A DNA stretch of 55,341 nt, counting the filler, from an uncultured delta proteobacterium (GTDB lineage: Bacteria; Desulfobacterota; Desulfobacteria; Desulfobacterales; SG8-13): assembly GCA_963848135.1 (NCBI GenBank). It is 3 parts of 3 records of this genome, joined end to end, with 100 filler letters (N's around TTAATTAATTAA, not from the genome) between each part and the next. Parts side by side here need not be neighbours in the genome. Positions count along the whole stretch, not along the records: positions 1 to 28,506 come from CAWKCK010000006.1; 2 more parts are not named here. One strand, written 5' to 3'. Both the position numbers and the translations under genes were made by a program. Under the pieces are notes generated by a model. It had not been told where the DNA came from, did not search any database, and was given only the letters and a program-made list of their open reading frames with translations. Of this stretch, positions 1 through 10,239 are shown piece by piece (within the stretch, counting starts at the first letter, position 1; every line of letters starts with the position of its first letter).

Positions 1-944
1 CTTTCCATGCGCTTGCGATCACTGATGTCAAGCGATACACCCATCAGGCGATCCGCCTCTCCCGTGGGTTTGAAATAGGGCCGCCCACGGGACGCAATCC
101 ACTTCAAACGGCCGTCACCGACCAGGATCCGGTATTCAATGTCGACAGGTTTTCGCTCACCCAAAGCCCGGGCGATAACTTGCCGAACATGCTCACGGTC
201 GTCAGGATGAATTGATTCTTCGAAGCGTTCCATGCTGATGACTTCCTCAGAACCATAACCAAAAATTATCCGGGCCCGCTCGGTGGCCCAAAATAGATTC
301 GTGCTGCAATCCAGCTCCCAGATACCCGCATCGGCGGAATCCGCCGCCAAGGTGAGGCGAGCCTCGCTTTCGCGCAAAATTTGCTCGGAGTGCTTTCGCT
401 CGAGCGCATTGGCGAACACCTGTGCGACCAGCGAAAGGCGCTTCACAAGCGGCTCCGGCCAGTCGCGCTCCACCTGCAAGGTATCGAAGGTCAACACGCC
501 GATGAGAGGTCCGCCACCGGTCGAGAGAGGAATAACCACAGATGACTTGATGCCGTAATGGCGGCGGGCCTCCTGGTCGCGCGTTGCCTCCGGCGGCATT
601 CCTTCCGTGGAAAATGCAAGACTCTCGCCGCAGAGCATCCTTTGAAACTGCCAGGGGAACACCTCTTGGGCATCGATCGGCTCCTCCGGACGCGACGGAC
701 CTTCCGGTGGGCTATGGAGATGCGTCAGCGACAAGAAATCCGGCGAATTGACCGACGACCATTGCCACAGCGCAGACAGATCCAGCCCGAGGCATTCACA
801 GACGCGACCTTGGGCATCTTCAATCTCACTGTCTATCTGTTTGGCGGGCAGGTTGATAAAACGGGCCGAGATATCGGTCAGCAGCGTCTCGAATCGCAGG
901 CGCTCTTCCTGTTCGTATTGCAAGTCTGATTCAGATTTTGGCAT
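1..944 (-). CDS. GAF/PAS sensor protein, probable sigma54-dependent enhancer-binding regulator (N-terminal part; runs off window edge)
   Basis: Not in the ORF track. Read by hand from ATG at 944: MPKSESDLQYEQEERLRFETLLTDISARFINLPAKQIDSEIE..., which parallels [28 protein letters not shown] of 12409-14439. It continues into a PAS region (LAADSADAGIWE...IHPDDREHV...YRILVGDG). The AAA+ domain is outside the window. Confidence 0.8.
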   Translation of the reverse strand, partial: MPKSESDLQYEQEERLRFETLLTDISARFINLPAKQIDSEIEDAQGRVCECLGLDLSALWQWSSVNSPDFLSLTHLHSPPEGPSRPEEPIDAQEVFPWQFQRMLCGESLAFSTEGMPPEATRDQEARRHYGIKSSVVIPLSTGGGPLIGVLTFDTLQVERDWPEPLVKRLSLVAQVFANALERKHSEQILRESEARLTLAADSADAGIWELDCSTNLFWATERARIIFGYGSEEVISMERFEESIHPDDREHVRQVIARALGERKPVDIEYRILVGDGRLKWIASRGRPYFKPTGEADRLMGVSLDISDRKRME

Positions 945-1090
945 CGTATCACTGAGTGTCGTTAGCCGGCTCCGGCCATAATAGCCATGGCTTTCACATT
1001 TTGATCTTATATTAAAATGCAACTAGCGGGTCCATCAATAAAGCATCCCCAATGCAAGCAGCGGTTTATTTTTACAAAGTGTATTTCAAC

Positions 1091-1116
1091 ATTACCTGCA
1101 GATAGCTGCAGGTAAT
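1091..1116. terminator. Perfect 11-bp stem-loop just downstream of the minus-strand operon
   Basis: ATTACCTGCAG-atag-CTGCAGGTAAT, 16 nt past the stop at 1132. No clear U-tract, so a terminator or stabiliser role is inferred. Confidence 0.45.
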
Positions 1117-1131
1117 TAAACCCAATCAAGA

Positions 1132-1911
1132 TTAAAAAGTGTAAAACAACCTCAGGCGCAAGATGCGTTCGTCCAGAGAAAAAGCCAATCCCGGGCTGCT
1201 CTTATCCCACTTCGACAAATAATGCAATTGGACCTGCCAGGTGTCCGAAATTTTCGTACCAACCCCAATATCACCTCTCAGTTGATTGACAAACAGGGGC
1301 GTTTCAAGGTTACAGAACGCCTCTATCGAACCCATCAAAAAGATTCCGTTCTTGAAAAGGATGCCATAATCCGGAGAACGAACGCCGAGCTTATAGCGGG
1401 ACCGCACCGTAAAATCAAAATCGCCGTCACCTTCGGTCCAGATCATCCTTTCTTCCAGGCGCAGGTAATGCGAGAAGAGGAAGTTTCCGATTTTGGGCCA
1501 AGCGAATCGAAGGCCCTGCCAAGGTCCTATTTCAAAGGTATTATCCTCATCTTCATTAAACGTCTGAAAAAACCGGATCCCCCCATGCGCCGTGAGTCGA
1601 GGCATGACTCGATGTTCAACCGAGGGCCGGAAATACAGAGTGGTAGAGTCACCATTGCCAAGCACCCCTCTGCCCCCCTGATCGCCATCGTATTGCCAGC
1701 GATCATTAAATCTATAAATCGTGGTAATATCTGACCAGGTTTGAAATTCCGCCCCGTAGCTGAACTTTACTATGATCAGATTGGTTAAGATTATCAGGAA
1801 GATGATCTTTATTCGAAATGTTACAATGAAGGTTCCGTTCAGCATTACCACAAACCCGCCGTCTAACACCCCGTTGCCTTCGTTTGTCTTGACGAGGCGA
1901 GTACCTCTCAC
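1132..1911 (-). CDS. Outer-membrane beta-barrel protein (DUF2490-like)
   Basis: Hydrophobic N-terminus ending SYGA, alternating beta-strand pattern, RLEER and RSRYKL motifs, C-terminal RLRLFYTF with terminal Phe (BAM signal). The true start is probably downstream of 1911. Confidence 0.65.
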   Translation of the reverse strand: MRGTRLVKTNEGNGVLDGGFVVMLNGTFIVTFRIKIIFLIILTNLIIVKFSYGAEFQTWSDITTIYRFNDRWQYDGDQGGRGVLGNGDSTTLYFRPSVEHRVMPRLTAHGGIRFFQTFNEDEDNTFEIGPWQGLRFAWPKIGNFLFSHYLRLEERMIWTEGDGDFDFTVRSRYKLGVRSPDYGILFKNGIFLMGSIEAFCNLETPLFVNQLRGDIGVGTKISDTWQVQLHYLSKWDKSSPGLAFSLDERILRLRLFYTF

Positions 1912-1940
1912 TTCTTTAAGGACCGCTCGCCAACACTATT

Positions 1941-2770
1941 TCATTTGGGAAACAGGAACTGAAATTGGAACCGCAGCTGCCAGTCCGCGCCATTGTCCGG
2001 TGTCACCACGTTGTAGTAAGCCTGCAACTGGAAATTCACCGGCAGCCGGCCGAAGTGGACGATCTTCCCGCCACCCCCGCCCAGCGGCACGGTCCAGCGA
2101 TCACCGCTGTCGGCCTTCCAGTTGGCGGTAATGATCGGTGCGCTCGAGAGGTATATCCCACCGGAGAAATTGTAATTGAGGAACGGCTGGATCAGGAAGT
2201 TGCTGTAGCTCGGGTCATCGCTGGATCCACTCACCGACCAGACGTTGTTGGCCAGGGCGCCATAGACCCACGGGCTGCCCTTCGACATTCTCAGCGCGAC
2301 CGCGGATGCACCCAGACCCCAGCGATCATTGCCCAGCCGGTCGTTGCTGTTCGTCGGAAACTGTACGATCGGGCCGGCACCCCATATCAGGCCCTCCGAT
2401 TTGGCCGGAGACAGGAACGCCGTTAACTGGATGTCACCGAGGCCGTTGACACGGTCCTGATCGCGCGTGAAGCCCGGCTGGGAGATGATCGGCACGATCG
2501 TGCGGGTGATGAGGTTCCACTGTGCGTTCAGGTGAAAGGGAATGACCGGTTGAATGTTGAGCACGTACTGAAGATCGTCCTCCGGGCCGACATTGAAGTT
2601 GAAATTGTTCTGGAAAGGGACGCTGATCAGGTCGGCGACCGGGTTTTGTATCTTCTTGGCCAGTTCCTCCGCGCTCTGTTCCGCCGCGGCAAAACGGACA
2701 CGCCTTGGGCTCCCATGATCACGATGCTGAGGGAAATTGCTGCAACAGCTTGCTTGACATATTTTCCCAT
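1941..2770 (-). CDS. Outer-membrane barrel/transporter of the sulfatase-associated family often labelled 'neuromedin U' (apparent 1-nt frameshift near 2691-2694)
   Basis: RBS AAGGAGGA precedes ATG 2770, then signal peptide MGKYVKQAVAAISLSIVIMGAQGVS. Adding one T to the T4 run gives ...SVFAAAEQSAEELAKKIQNPVADLISVPFQNN. C-terminus LRFQFQFLFPK. Paralog at 33942-34764. Confidence 0.75.
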
Positions 2771-2972
2771 GATATCTTCCTCCTTGGTCCCTGGAACCCG
2801 GATCGGCCCTGTAACTCGCCACCGATTCAACGTGTAGCAACGGATGCCGATAATTTATGATTTGTGTTCGCGCCATCCTGATTCCTGCACACAAAGTTCC
2901 ACATCAGCCCTTATCACGGCCTTCGATGACCGTCACGGCAAAAACAGGCGGGCGGCCGTGAGCAATGATGCG

Positions 2973-3410
2973 TTACGGCATTGGAAGGCACGCTCCGTAG
3001 ACAATAAATGCCTCTTCATCCCCTGAGGCCGTCAGCACAAATCGGCCTGTTTCTTCTGATATGGTTACAGTCCATCCGACGCTGTCTCGCACGTCCTGGA
3101 TACCTTCGTCCGATCCCTGAAAAATCAGTTTGCCTCCCATGCGCTCCATCCGCCTGATGATGCTGTTGCGATCTCCATCCCTCTGCCCGGCCGGTCTGAT
3201 GCTCTTTTTCTCGAAATCAACCGTGAAAAATTGAGGCACAGCGACGCTTTCCGGCGCCACTTCGATGCATCCATTTTCAACGGTACTCTCGATCACCGTA
3301 ACCACGGAACAGAGCAATGGTTTGGAGCCGTCGAAGTCTCCTGCCGACCCAGCATTCGGAAGGTTGAGCAAAAGCAGCGCGGCAATACTCGCCGTTACTA
3401 ATATTTTCAT
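2973..3410 (-). CDS. Exported hypothetical protein with conserved cysteines
   Basis: Signal peptide (MKILVTASIAALLLL...GSA), GGAGG RBS, LLC...C...GAC pattern. Co-oriented in the operon. Confidence 0.75.
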   Translation of the reverse strand: MKILVTASIAALLLLNLPNAGSAGDFDGSKPLLCSVVTVIESTVENGCIEVAPESVAVPQFFTVDFEKKSIRPAGQRDGDRNSIIRRMERMGGKLIFQGSDEGIQDVRDSVGWTVTISEETGRFVLTASGDEEAFIVYGACLPMP

Positions 3411-3459
3411 AACGACCTCCAGATGCTAAAAATATAAATTTTCATTTCGACTGAGGATA

Positions 3460-3966
3460 TTACTTAACCGCATATCCTTTTGCTTCAAGACACACAGAGT
3501 AAGACCGGTTATAAGTATCCCGCTTCTGCCAGTACTGAGCCGACTGCTGGGCGGCAACTTGCTGTTGGGCCTGCGCAGACTGGTAATTCCGTGCCTGGCT
3601 CCTCAGCCCGCCGAAAACACCGCCGGCGAGGGCGCCAATGGCCGCCCCCTTTCCCGCCCCGCTCCAGCCGCCGGCGATTCCGCCAACGGCGGCGCCGAGG
3701 GCCGCACCGCCGGCACCGCCCCTGACGACACTCCCGGCCGCAGAACCCGGAGGCGGCTGGGAAGGCGGCGCCGGGGCGGGCGCCGGCGTCTGCATGGGAT
3801 CAAACCCGCTCCGTTGTTTGGCCCAAGAGAAGCAATCAAACTTGTCCTTCTCCATCTGCTGCTGGTTCTGCCCCTTGGCCGGATAAACGATCAAATCCTG
3901 GCCCAATGCTTGACCCACAAAAAGGATCAGGACTGACAGAACGAAGATAAACCTAATGGTTTTCAT
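3460..3966 (-). CDS. Exported glycine-zipper protein
   Basis: GGAGG RBS before GTG-ATG at 3969/3966, signal peptide MKTIRFIFVLSVLILFVGQALG, YPAKGQ...DKFDC, GAAVGGIAGG..GAAIGALAGG zipper, C-terminal CLEAKGY. Confidence 0.8.
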   Translation of the reverse strand: MKTIRFIFVLSVLILFVGQALGQDLIVYPAKGQNQQQMEKDKFDCFSWAKQRSGFDPMQTPAPAPAPPSQPPPGSAAGSVVRGGAGGAALGAAVGGIAGGWSGAGKGAAIGALAGGVFGGLRSQARNYQSAQAQQQVAAQQSAQYWQKRDTYNRSYSVCLEAKGYAVK

Positions 3967-4184
3967 CACGATGGACCTCCCTTCGCAATTCTTAGCCGGT
4001 TCTGCACAATGAGTCGGCATTCCTTCGAAATCCCTTTGACAGTTGAGACCTGTGATACTGCTGCCGGCAGTCTCCCACACCGACACCCAAGGCACATTAC
4101 ATGACTCTTTATCGCGAAGCACCCGGACTTCGCGTTGGGGAATGCTGGCGGCTTTTACCGGGTCATGAACGGTGCATGCTCGTA

Positions 4185-4658
4185 TCAAGGCTGGAGCTCG
4201 ATCTCCCCTGGCTGCCAGGTCTTGTTGAACCATGGTTCGAGCGGGCCGTATAGTCGCAGGATCTTGTTCCAACTCTTACCCGGGGCAGTCTGCACCCAGT
4301 TCTTCTTGCCGGCGAGCAAGCTCGGTCCGAAATAAACATCGAACGATCCGTCGGAGTTCACAAGCAGCTCTTTCATCTGGCTGCTGACATTCGGGAAGCG
4401 CTAATCGGTCTGGACCATCAAGTGGGTCTGGTTGCTGTACAATATCACCGACCAGAAGTCCTTGGCACGGGTGTGGAATGCGATGGCGCGAGCCGTCGCG
4501 TCACCCACGGCCGCCGCCTCGGTCAGGATATTCTTCATCCGCGTTTCGGGCGCGAAGAGTTTGCCCTTCTGGATGCCTATGGATTGGAAGAAGCCGAGCG
4601 AGACCGGATCGAGCGAGTCGGCGGGTTCTTCCTGCACCACCTGTTGTAAGGTTTTCAC
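4185..4658 (-). pseudogene. DUF1214/DUF1254-family remnant
   Basis: Two in-frame ORFs separated by TAG at 4401-4403: ...FWSVILYSNQTHLMVQTD*RFPNVSSQM...DGSFDVYFGP...NWVQTAPGKSWNKILRLYGPLEPWFNKTWQPGEIE. The N-terminus is missing and there appears to be an internal deletion (RAK|DFWS). Confidence 0.75.
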
Positions 4659-4939
4659 CTTTTGGATCCTTTATCGTCAGTGCAATTAACCAGCTGGCGC
4701 TTTGTTGTACCGGCTGCGCCGCAGATAGAGTACCAGCAATATCAACGCCAGCAGGCTGCAACGATGACGTACGGTTCCATGACATGAAACACGCTGAAGA
4801 CTGTCTTGATGTCCTTATTGATCCAGGATCGGCTGCGCCAGGGCAAAAGAATGCCGGAATGCCGTTTCCGCATCGGCCCCCAGGTGTTCAAAGAATGCCC
4901 GGGTCATGATAAGGTAATGCTGGAGCATAGTTGATGTCG

Positions 4940-5341
4940 CTATTGCCTCTTGGCGTTCCAGGTTCCCTTGGGGTTATAGGGAGCATTCAGGGAAAAAGTG
5001 CCACTCACCTCGTTTTCATCGGCTGATAAATCGCCGGAAACCGTACTGCCTCCGAAGACATCTTCACCGACGACGATCCCTTCGAGATGATTGCCGGTCA
5101 TTTTCTTTAGGGTGAGAAAGACGTCTGTCTCCGTTCCCTGGAAAGCGCCTTCAAATGTGCCGCTGCCGTCCGGCAGCCGGTAAAGATCCATTTGGCAGGG
5201 TCCAGATATTGGAACACTGCTGAAAGTTCCCTCGTAGTGGCCGATTTTCTGAGCGCCTTGAGGCAGGGATGCGCCGCCGCAAGCATATATTGCGGTCAGA
5301 AACAGTAATCCTATGACCATGAATTGCTTTTTAATTTTCAT
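4940..5341 (-). CDS. Lipoprotein of unknown function
   Basis: Basic N-terminus, hydrophobic core and lipobox-like IYA-C-GG. Beta-rich body ending GTWNAKRQ. Confidence 0.7.
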   Translation of the reverse strand: MKIKKQFMVIGLLFLTAIYACGGASLPQGAQKIGHYEGTFSSVPISGPCQMDLYRLPDGSGTFEGAFQGTETDVFLTLKKMTGNHLEGIVVGEDVFGGSTVSGDLSADENEVSGTFSLNAPYNPKGTWNAKRQ

Positions 5342-5452
5342 TGCTCTTACTTTCTATACCTTGCAAGCTCAACCCAAATTCAGAAATGAATCCTTCCCTC
5401 TACTACCAGTTGATGAACACTTCCCGATGGCTCATCTAATTGTTAAACTTTC

Positions 5453-6216
5453 TCATTCCACGATCTGGTTGAGAAGCTTTTGCGACTCTTCCTGATATTG
5501 CGCCTCCGTGATGAGCCCCTGTTTTTGCAGCGACTTGAGCTCCTTGAGGCGTGCGACGGCCTCGGCCTGACCGCTCGTCACGGCCGGTGCGGGCGGCGCT
5601 GCCACGTTCTCATTTATGGTGACGTTGGTCGGATGGGCCGCCATGGCCGCAGTTGCAGCCACAGACGTGGCCGCGTCGTCCCACATCACCGTTCGATAAG
5701 CCGCCCGCCGTGCAACGCCGGCAAAGGAGAGGGGTGTAAATGGCAATCCGATATGTCGATGAAGACCGAACAGGCCCCGCCCTTCTCCGGTAGCTTCCCT
5801 TCGATGACCGCGATGTCGTATGTCAGATCCTTGCCCGCGAGCCGTGGCCGGCTCAGTTTGACGACCACGTCCGTGAGCTGCTCCCGGACTTTTTCATACA
5901 TGGACACAGTGGCGTTGGGAGGGTCCTTGAGGAAGCTGTCCTTCCCCTCATCCCAAAGCGGCACAAACTCGTCCTTTGTGTTGAAGTGCTCGGCGATGCG
6001 CACCGGACGGTCGGAGAAAAAAACCGTCATGGGGCTCACGTCCTTGAGAGTGAGCGTACCCTTGCCAAAAACAACGGCTTCGGTATTCTGTACAAACAAC
6101 ACCTGAATGGTCAGCGGCTTCGGTTCAGCTGATGCGGCGGTGCCGGGCTGAACCGCCATGAAGGTGGCCAGCACAACCGATAAAACGATTGCCGTTCGCA
6201 AGATATGTCGTTTCAT
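5453..6216 (-). CDS. Exported protein with C-terminal SHOCT domain (apparent 1-nt frameshift near 5753)
   Basis: ORFs 5686-6279 and 5453-5746 join as ...VFIDIIGLPFTPLSFAGVARR... if one base is restored. SHOCT-like RLKELKSLQKQGLITEAQY. Paralog of 10240-10993. Alternative start 6258. Confidence 0.75.
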
Positions 6217-6446
6217 CCTTCCCATCTTCTTTCGCAGGTAGGTGACAACTTTTATCATCTTTCTTTCCCCCTTCTTCAATTGTCGTTATTCGTTCCGGTC
6301 GGACACTACCGCGAGGAACAGCCTATCAATGGCCAGGTCGTCCCAGAGATCGTTTTCAAACCCGAACATTCTCTCAGCAGTCATTTCGTGGACGGCAAGC
6401 AGAACAGGGTGAGGTCCGGCTTAAAACCGACTCGCGCGATGGATCA

Positions 6447-6500
6447 CTACACCCGTTCGATTTTCCCGAGTGTCCACATCTTGTTGAACCAAGGCTCGAT
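6447..6500 (-). pseudogene. Short C-terminal remnant of a second DUF1214-type gene
   Basis: Reads IEPWFNKMWTLGKIERV*, matching LEPWFNKTWQPGEIELQP* at the end of 4185-4658. Confidence 0.6.
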
Positions 6501-6904
6501 TTGAGTTGGGTTGTCTTCGACAGCTCACGCAGTCCGCCATGGCATTGAGGGTAGACTTTACGCCTTAGTGTCATCCTACGTGAGTCTGGCCGGTTGTAAG
6601 TGTAAACCGGAATAGCGATTCGGATTGGTCAGCACGCAGGGCTGACCAATCCATCCCTCCATCTTTTGCTATTTGGCGTCGCCCGACTTGGCCTGCGCCG
6701 AAGTGATTATCGACCGATGCTGCTGCAAAAGCCGTGAAGAATACCGATGATAGTAATGTCGATGGAACTCTTTTTCTCTTGTCTTTCTTCTTCCTACGAT
6801 TGGGGCCCAGCGGCTGCCGCTTATTTAAAATCAGCGGCAACCACTAGTTGGCTAACAGCAATCAGTAAAAAACAACTGAAAAGAGTCCACCAACTACTGG
6901 TTTC

Positions 6905-9415
6905 CTACTCGCTCACCTTGTTGTTGCGCTGGGCCATCTCGAGCTTCTTGATGTCCTCGGGCGAAAGCTTCGGCCGGTCCACCGTGAGCGTCAGCTTGTT
7001 GAGTTTTGCGGTCAGCGAGAACGGCGGCTTGTAGTCGGCGTCGTTTACGCCGGTCAGGGTGTCGGAGCCGATGTCGAAGCTCTCGTCCCATTGCAGGATC
7101 ATCGGCAGCGTTTTCTCCATCTTCTTGGTATCGACGACCTTGCCATCCACCTTGAGCGTGCCAACGCCGGGTCGGGCGAGACCGCTCATGTTGTTATAAA
7201 GGAGCGTGCCGACACCGAGGCCGTCGTATTTGAAGTCGAATTCGACGGTGTGTTTGCCGGGGCTGAGCGCGTCCTTGCCTTCCCACTTGATGCGTTCCAG
7301 GTCGACCAAGTTCCAGAGGAACACCGGTTTGCCCTCGAGCAGATAGAAGCCGTAGCCGGCGAAGCGTCCGCCAGAGGTGAGGATCATGCCCTCGGCACCA
7401 CCCTGCGGCACGTCGATGTCCGCGGTGATGGTGTAGGAGCTGTTGAGGATGGATGGCGAATCGCCCTGTGGCAGACCGACCATCGGGTGGGTGTAAACGA
7501 AATTCGTGCGACCGGCGGTAATGTTCGGACGCGGGGCCACAAGGCGGGCGGCCACGGAGGCATCCAACGGAAAGACTTGATACTTCTTCGCCTCCTCGAT
7601 GAACATCTTCTTCAATTCCTTCACCTTGTCCGGATACTTATCCGCGAGGTTCTGGGATTGGCTGAAGTCCTTGTTCAGGTCGTAGAGTTCGAGCACCTGG
7701 TTGTTGAGCGGATCAGGGTTGGCGGCACCGAAGGCCTCCCACGGCGCGCGGTTTACTTGGGTGCTCAGCAGCCAGCCTTCGTGGTACAAGGCCCACTGGC
7801 CCATCATCTCGAAGTACTGGGTCTTGTGACGCGACGGCTCCTTGGCGTTTGCCTGGTCGAAGGTGTAGGCGAAGCTGGTGCCCTCGATCGGCGCCTGCTT
7901 GATGCCGTCCACCGTTTCGGGCGCGGGAATGCCGGTCACTTCGAGAAGGGTGGGCACCACGTCGATGACGTGCATGAACTGATCACGCAGACCGCCTTTG
8001 TCCTTGATGCGTGCCGGCCATGAGACCGCCATGTTCTGACGGATGCCACCGAGCTTTGAGGCGTTTTGCTTGAACCAGGTGAAGGGCGTGTCGAAGGCCC
8101 AGGACCAGCCCGCCGACATGTGGTTGTAAGTCTGCTCGGTGCCCCACACGTCATACCACTTCATCTGCACGTCGACAGGCACGGTGACGCCGTTGAAGAA
8201 CGCAACCTCGTTGGGCGTGCCGAGCGGACCGCCCTCGGCGCTGGTGCCGTTGTCGCCGTTGATGTAAATGATGAGCGTGTTGTCGAGCTTGCCCATCTCC
8301 TCGATGGCGTCAATGATGCGCCCGATCTCGTGATCGTTGTAGGCCGCATAGGCGGCGAAGACCTCCACCTGCTTTATGTAAAGCTTCTTCTCCTCGGCTG
8401 TGCAATCGTCCCAGTTCTTGATGACTTTCGTGGGCCAGGGCTCCAGCTGGGTGTCCTTCGGAATTACACCGAGGCGCTTCTGGTTTTCGAAAATCTGCTC
8501 GCGAAGCTTGTTCCATCCCTCGTCGAAGAGGTGCATTTTGCTGATCTTCTCAACCCATTCCTTGGTCGGGTGATGCGGCGCGTGGGTGGCACCCGGCGCG
8601 TATTTGACGAAGAACGGCTTGGTGGGCATCGTCTGGTTGATGCGATTGAGGTAGTCGATGGCGTCGTCGGCCATGCCGGTGATCAGGTTCCAGCCCGGCT
8701 TGCCCTCGAAGGGATAGATCTGGGTGGTGTTGCGGAACAGATTCGGCTGCCACTGGTTGGCATCACCGCCCACGAATCCGTAGAAGTACTCGAAGCCCAG
8801 ACCGGTCGGCCACTGGTCAAACGGCCCGACCTGGCTGGCGGCGAACGCCGGTGTGTTGTGATCCTTGCCGAACCACGAGGTGGCGTAGCCGTTATCGAGC
8901 AGAATCCGCCCGATGGTGGCCTTGTCCTCGGCGATGATGCTGTCGTAGCCGGGGAAACCCGTGGCCTGCTCGGAGATCACGCCAAAGCCCGCCGAGTGAT
9001 GGTTGCGCCCGGTAATCAATGCGGCGCGCGTCGGCGAGCACAGCGCCGTGGAGTGAATGTTGTTGTAGCGCAGACCGTTCTTTGCGACGCGATCCATCGT
9101 GGGCGTCGGGATGACCCCGCCGAAGGTGCTCGGCACGCCGAATCCGGCGTCATCGGTGATGATGAGCAGAATGTTGGGCGCCTCCTTGGGCGGTACGATG
9201 CGCGGTGCCCACCACGGTTTCGAGTTCAGGGCATCGTTTTTGATCACGCCGCCGAATTTCGGCTCGGGCGCGGGCAGTTGTTTGCCGCTGATGGTGGTCG
9301 TGGCGCTGGGCGAACCGGGTTCACCGGTGGTTTGTTGTGCCGCGGAAAACGGCGCCGCTATGAATCCGGCAAAAACAACAACGAGAATTGCCGAAACAAA
9401 TGATTTGGTTTTCAT
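6905..9415 (-). CDS. Exported arylsulfatase (formylglycine-dependent, Cys-type) with C-terminal beta domain
   Basis: PNILLIITDD, active-site LCSPTRAALITGR (CxPxR), FGKDH, GATHAPHH, DNG motifs. Signal peptide and AGGAGG RBS. 836 aa. Confidence 0.95.
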   Translation of the reverse strand: MKTKSFVSAILVVVFAGFIAAPFSAAQQTTGEPGSPSATTTISGKQLPAPEPKFGGVIKNDALNSKPWWAPRIVPPKEAPNILLIITDDAGFGVPSTFGGVIPTPTMDRVAKNGLRYNNIHSTALCSPTRAALITGRNHHSAGFGVISEQATGFPGYDSIIAEDKATIGRILLDNGYATSWFGKDHNTPAFAASQVGPFDQWPTGLGFEYFYGFVGGDANQWQPNLFRNTTQIYPFEGKPGWNLITGMADDAIDYLNRINQTMPTKPFFVKYAPGATHAPHHPTKEWVEKISKMHLFDEGWNKLREQIFENQKRLGVIPKDTQLEPWPTKVIKNWDDCTAEEKKLYIKQVEVFAAYAAYNDHEIGRIIDAIEEMGKLDNTLIIYINGDNGTSAEGGPLGTPNEVAFFNGVTVPVDVQMKWYDVWGTEQTYNHMSAGWSWAFDTPFTWFKQNASKLGGIRQNMAVSWPARIKDKGGLRDQFMHVIDVVPTLLEVTGIPAPETVDGIKQAPIEGTSFAYTFDQANAKEPSRHKTQYFEMMGQWALYHEGWLLSTQVNRAPWEAFGAANPDPLNNQVLELYDLNKDFSQSQNLADKYPDKVKELKKMFIEEAKKYQVFPLDASVAARLVAPRPNITAGRTNFVYTHPMVGLPQGDSPSILNSSYTITADIDVPQGGAEGMILTSGGRFAGYGFYLLEGKPVFLWNLVDLERIKWEGKDALSPGKHTVEFDFKYDGLGVGTLLYNNMSGLARPGVGTLKVDGKVVDTKKMEKTLPMILQWDESFDIGSDTLTGVNDADYKPPFSLTAKLNKLTLTVDRPKLSPEDIKKLEMAQRNNKVSE

Positions 9416-9562
9416 CTTCTAACCCTCCTTACTTTTTCATTCACCTTTTTTCTGCCCTCGCCTCGAACGCAACGCTGACCTATGTCATCACCTTCGGACC
9501 GGACCCCATTATTTGGTGGAATAAGAATTATGGAAAAATACTGATACTCAGGCAGGTTTGCT

Positions 9563-9603
9563 GGCCCTCGTTTCTCCTGGCTGCCAGGAAAGAAACGAGG
9601 GCC
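9563..9603. terminator. Strong intergenic stem-loop
   Basis: GGCCCTCGTTTC-TCCTGGC-t-GCCAGGA-aa-GAAACGAGGGCC between the DUF1134-like gene and the sulfatase. No U-tract, so possibly an mRNA stability or processing element. Confidence 0.5.
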
Positions 9604-9632
9604 GGGTTTACGGAAAAATAATCGTGCGCCTG

Positions 9633-10067
9633 TTACCTTTCCAGAGTTAACTCGACGCCCTCTGCCGCGAGCTTCAGATTGGCCCCTTTCGTCTTGGGCA
9701 TAAGATGGATCTCCACGCCCTTATCGTTTTTCATAACGGTAGCGCCAGCACCTTCCACCATTGTGGCTTCCGCTGAGGCCGCCGCATAGATTCCGTCAAA
9801 ATCGTCAATATTCTTCAGGTTGTAGACATTGCCAACGGCCTCGGCCTTGCTGATACCCACGTCACCCACCGAGAGGCCCTTGACCTTGAAGGAGTGTGCC
9901 TTTCCATCCAGGTTCAGGTCACCCTTTCCCCAGTTCCATCCGATGCCCGCGGCCACCTGCCCCTCCTCGAGATTGAGGGTTGCATCGGGTTTTTTCGCAT
10001 CTCCGGCAAATGCCATGCCGCTCATGATCAACCCTATTACGAGTAAACACACTGTCAATCGTTTCAT
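9633..10067 (-). CDS. Exported EipA/DUF1134-like protein
   Basis: AAGGAG RBS before ATG 10067, signal peptide ending AFA, motifs GIGWNWGKG, GLSVGDVG, GNVYNLKNIDDFDGIY. Confidence 0.7.
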   Translation of the reverse strand: MKRLTVCLLVIGLIMSGMAFAGDAKKPDATLNLEEGQVAAGIGWNWGKGDLNLDGKAHSFKVKGLSVGDVGISKAEAVGNVYNLKNIDDFDGIYAAASAEATMVEGAGATVMKNDKGVEIHLMPKTKGANLKLAAEGVELTLER

Positions 10068-10239
10068 TGCGCTGTCTCCTTCTTTTTTGTTTGTATGACA
10101 TCTTGCGGTCAGGAGCCATGGAGGGCACCGCTTATAAGCAATCTCCTCCGGACCCACTGCCACGGTTCTCATCCCTAAAGGGATGACAGTTCAGGCCACT
10201 TACCCTCTCGAACGACTATGCTTCCGATCGGCAAGTGAC

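Noticed and set aside
4686..4907. Minus-strand fragment ending in a hydrophobic stretch (LLALILLVLYLRRSRY)
   Set aside because: Interrupted by a stop or frameshift and not assignable to a family. Possibly a remnant but not supportable as a feature.
7091..9403. Long plus-strand ORFs (310 and 445 aa) opposite the sulfatase
   Set aside because: Shadow ORFs produced by high GC3 codon bias. No motifs or RBS.
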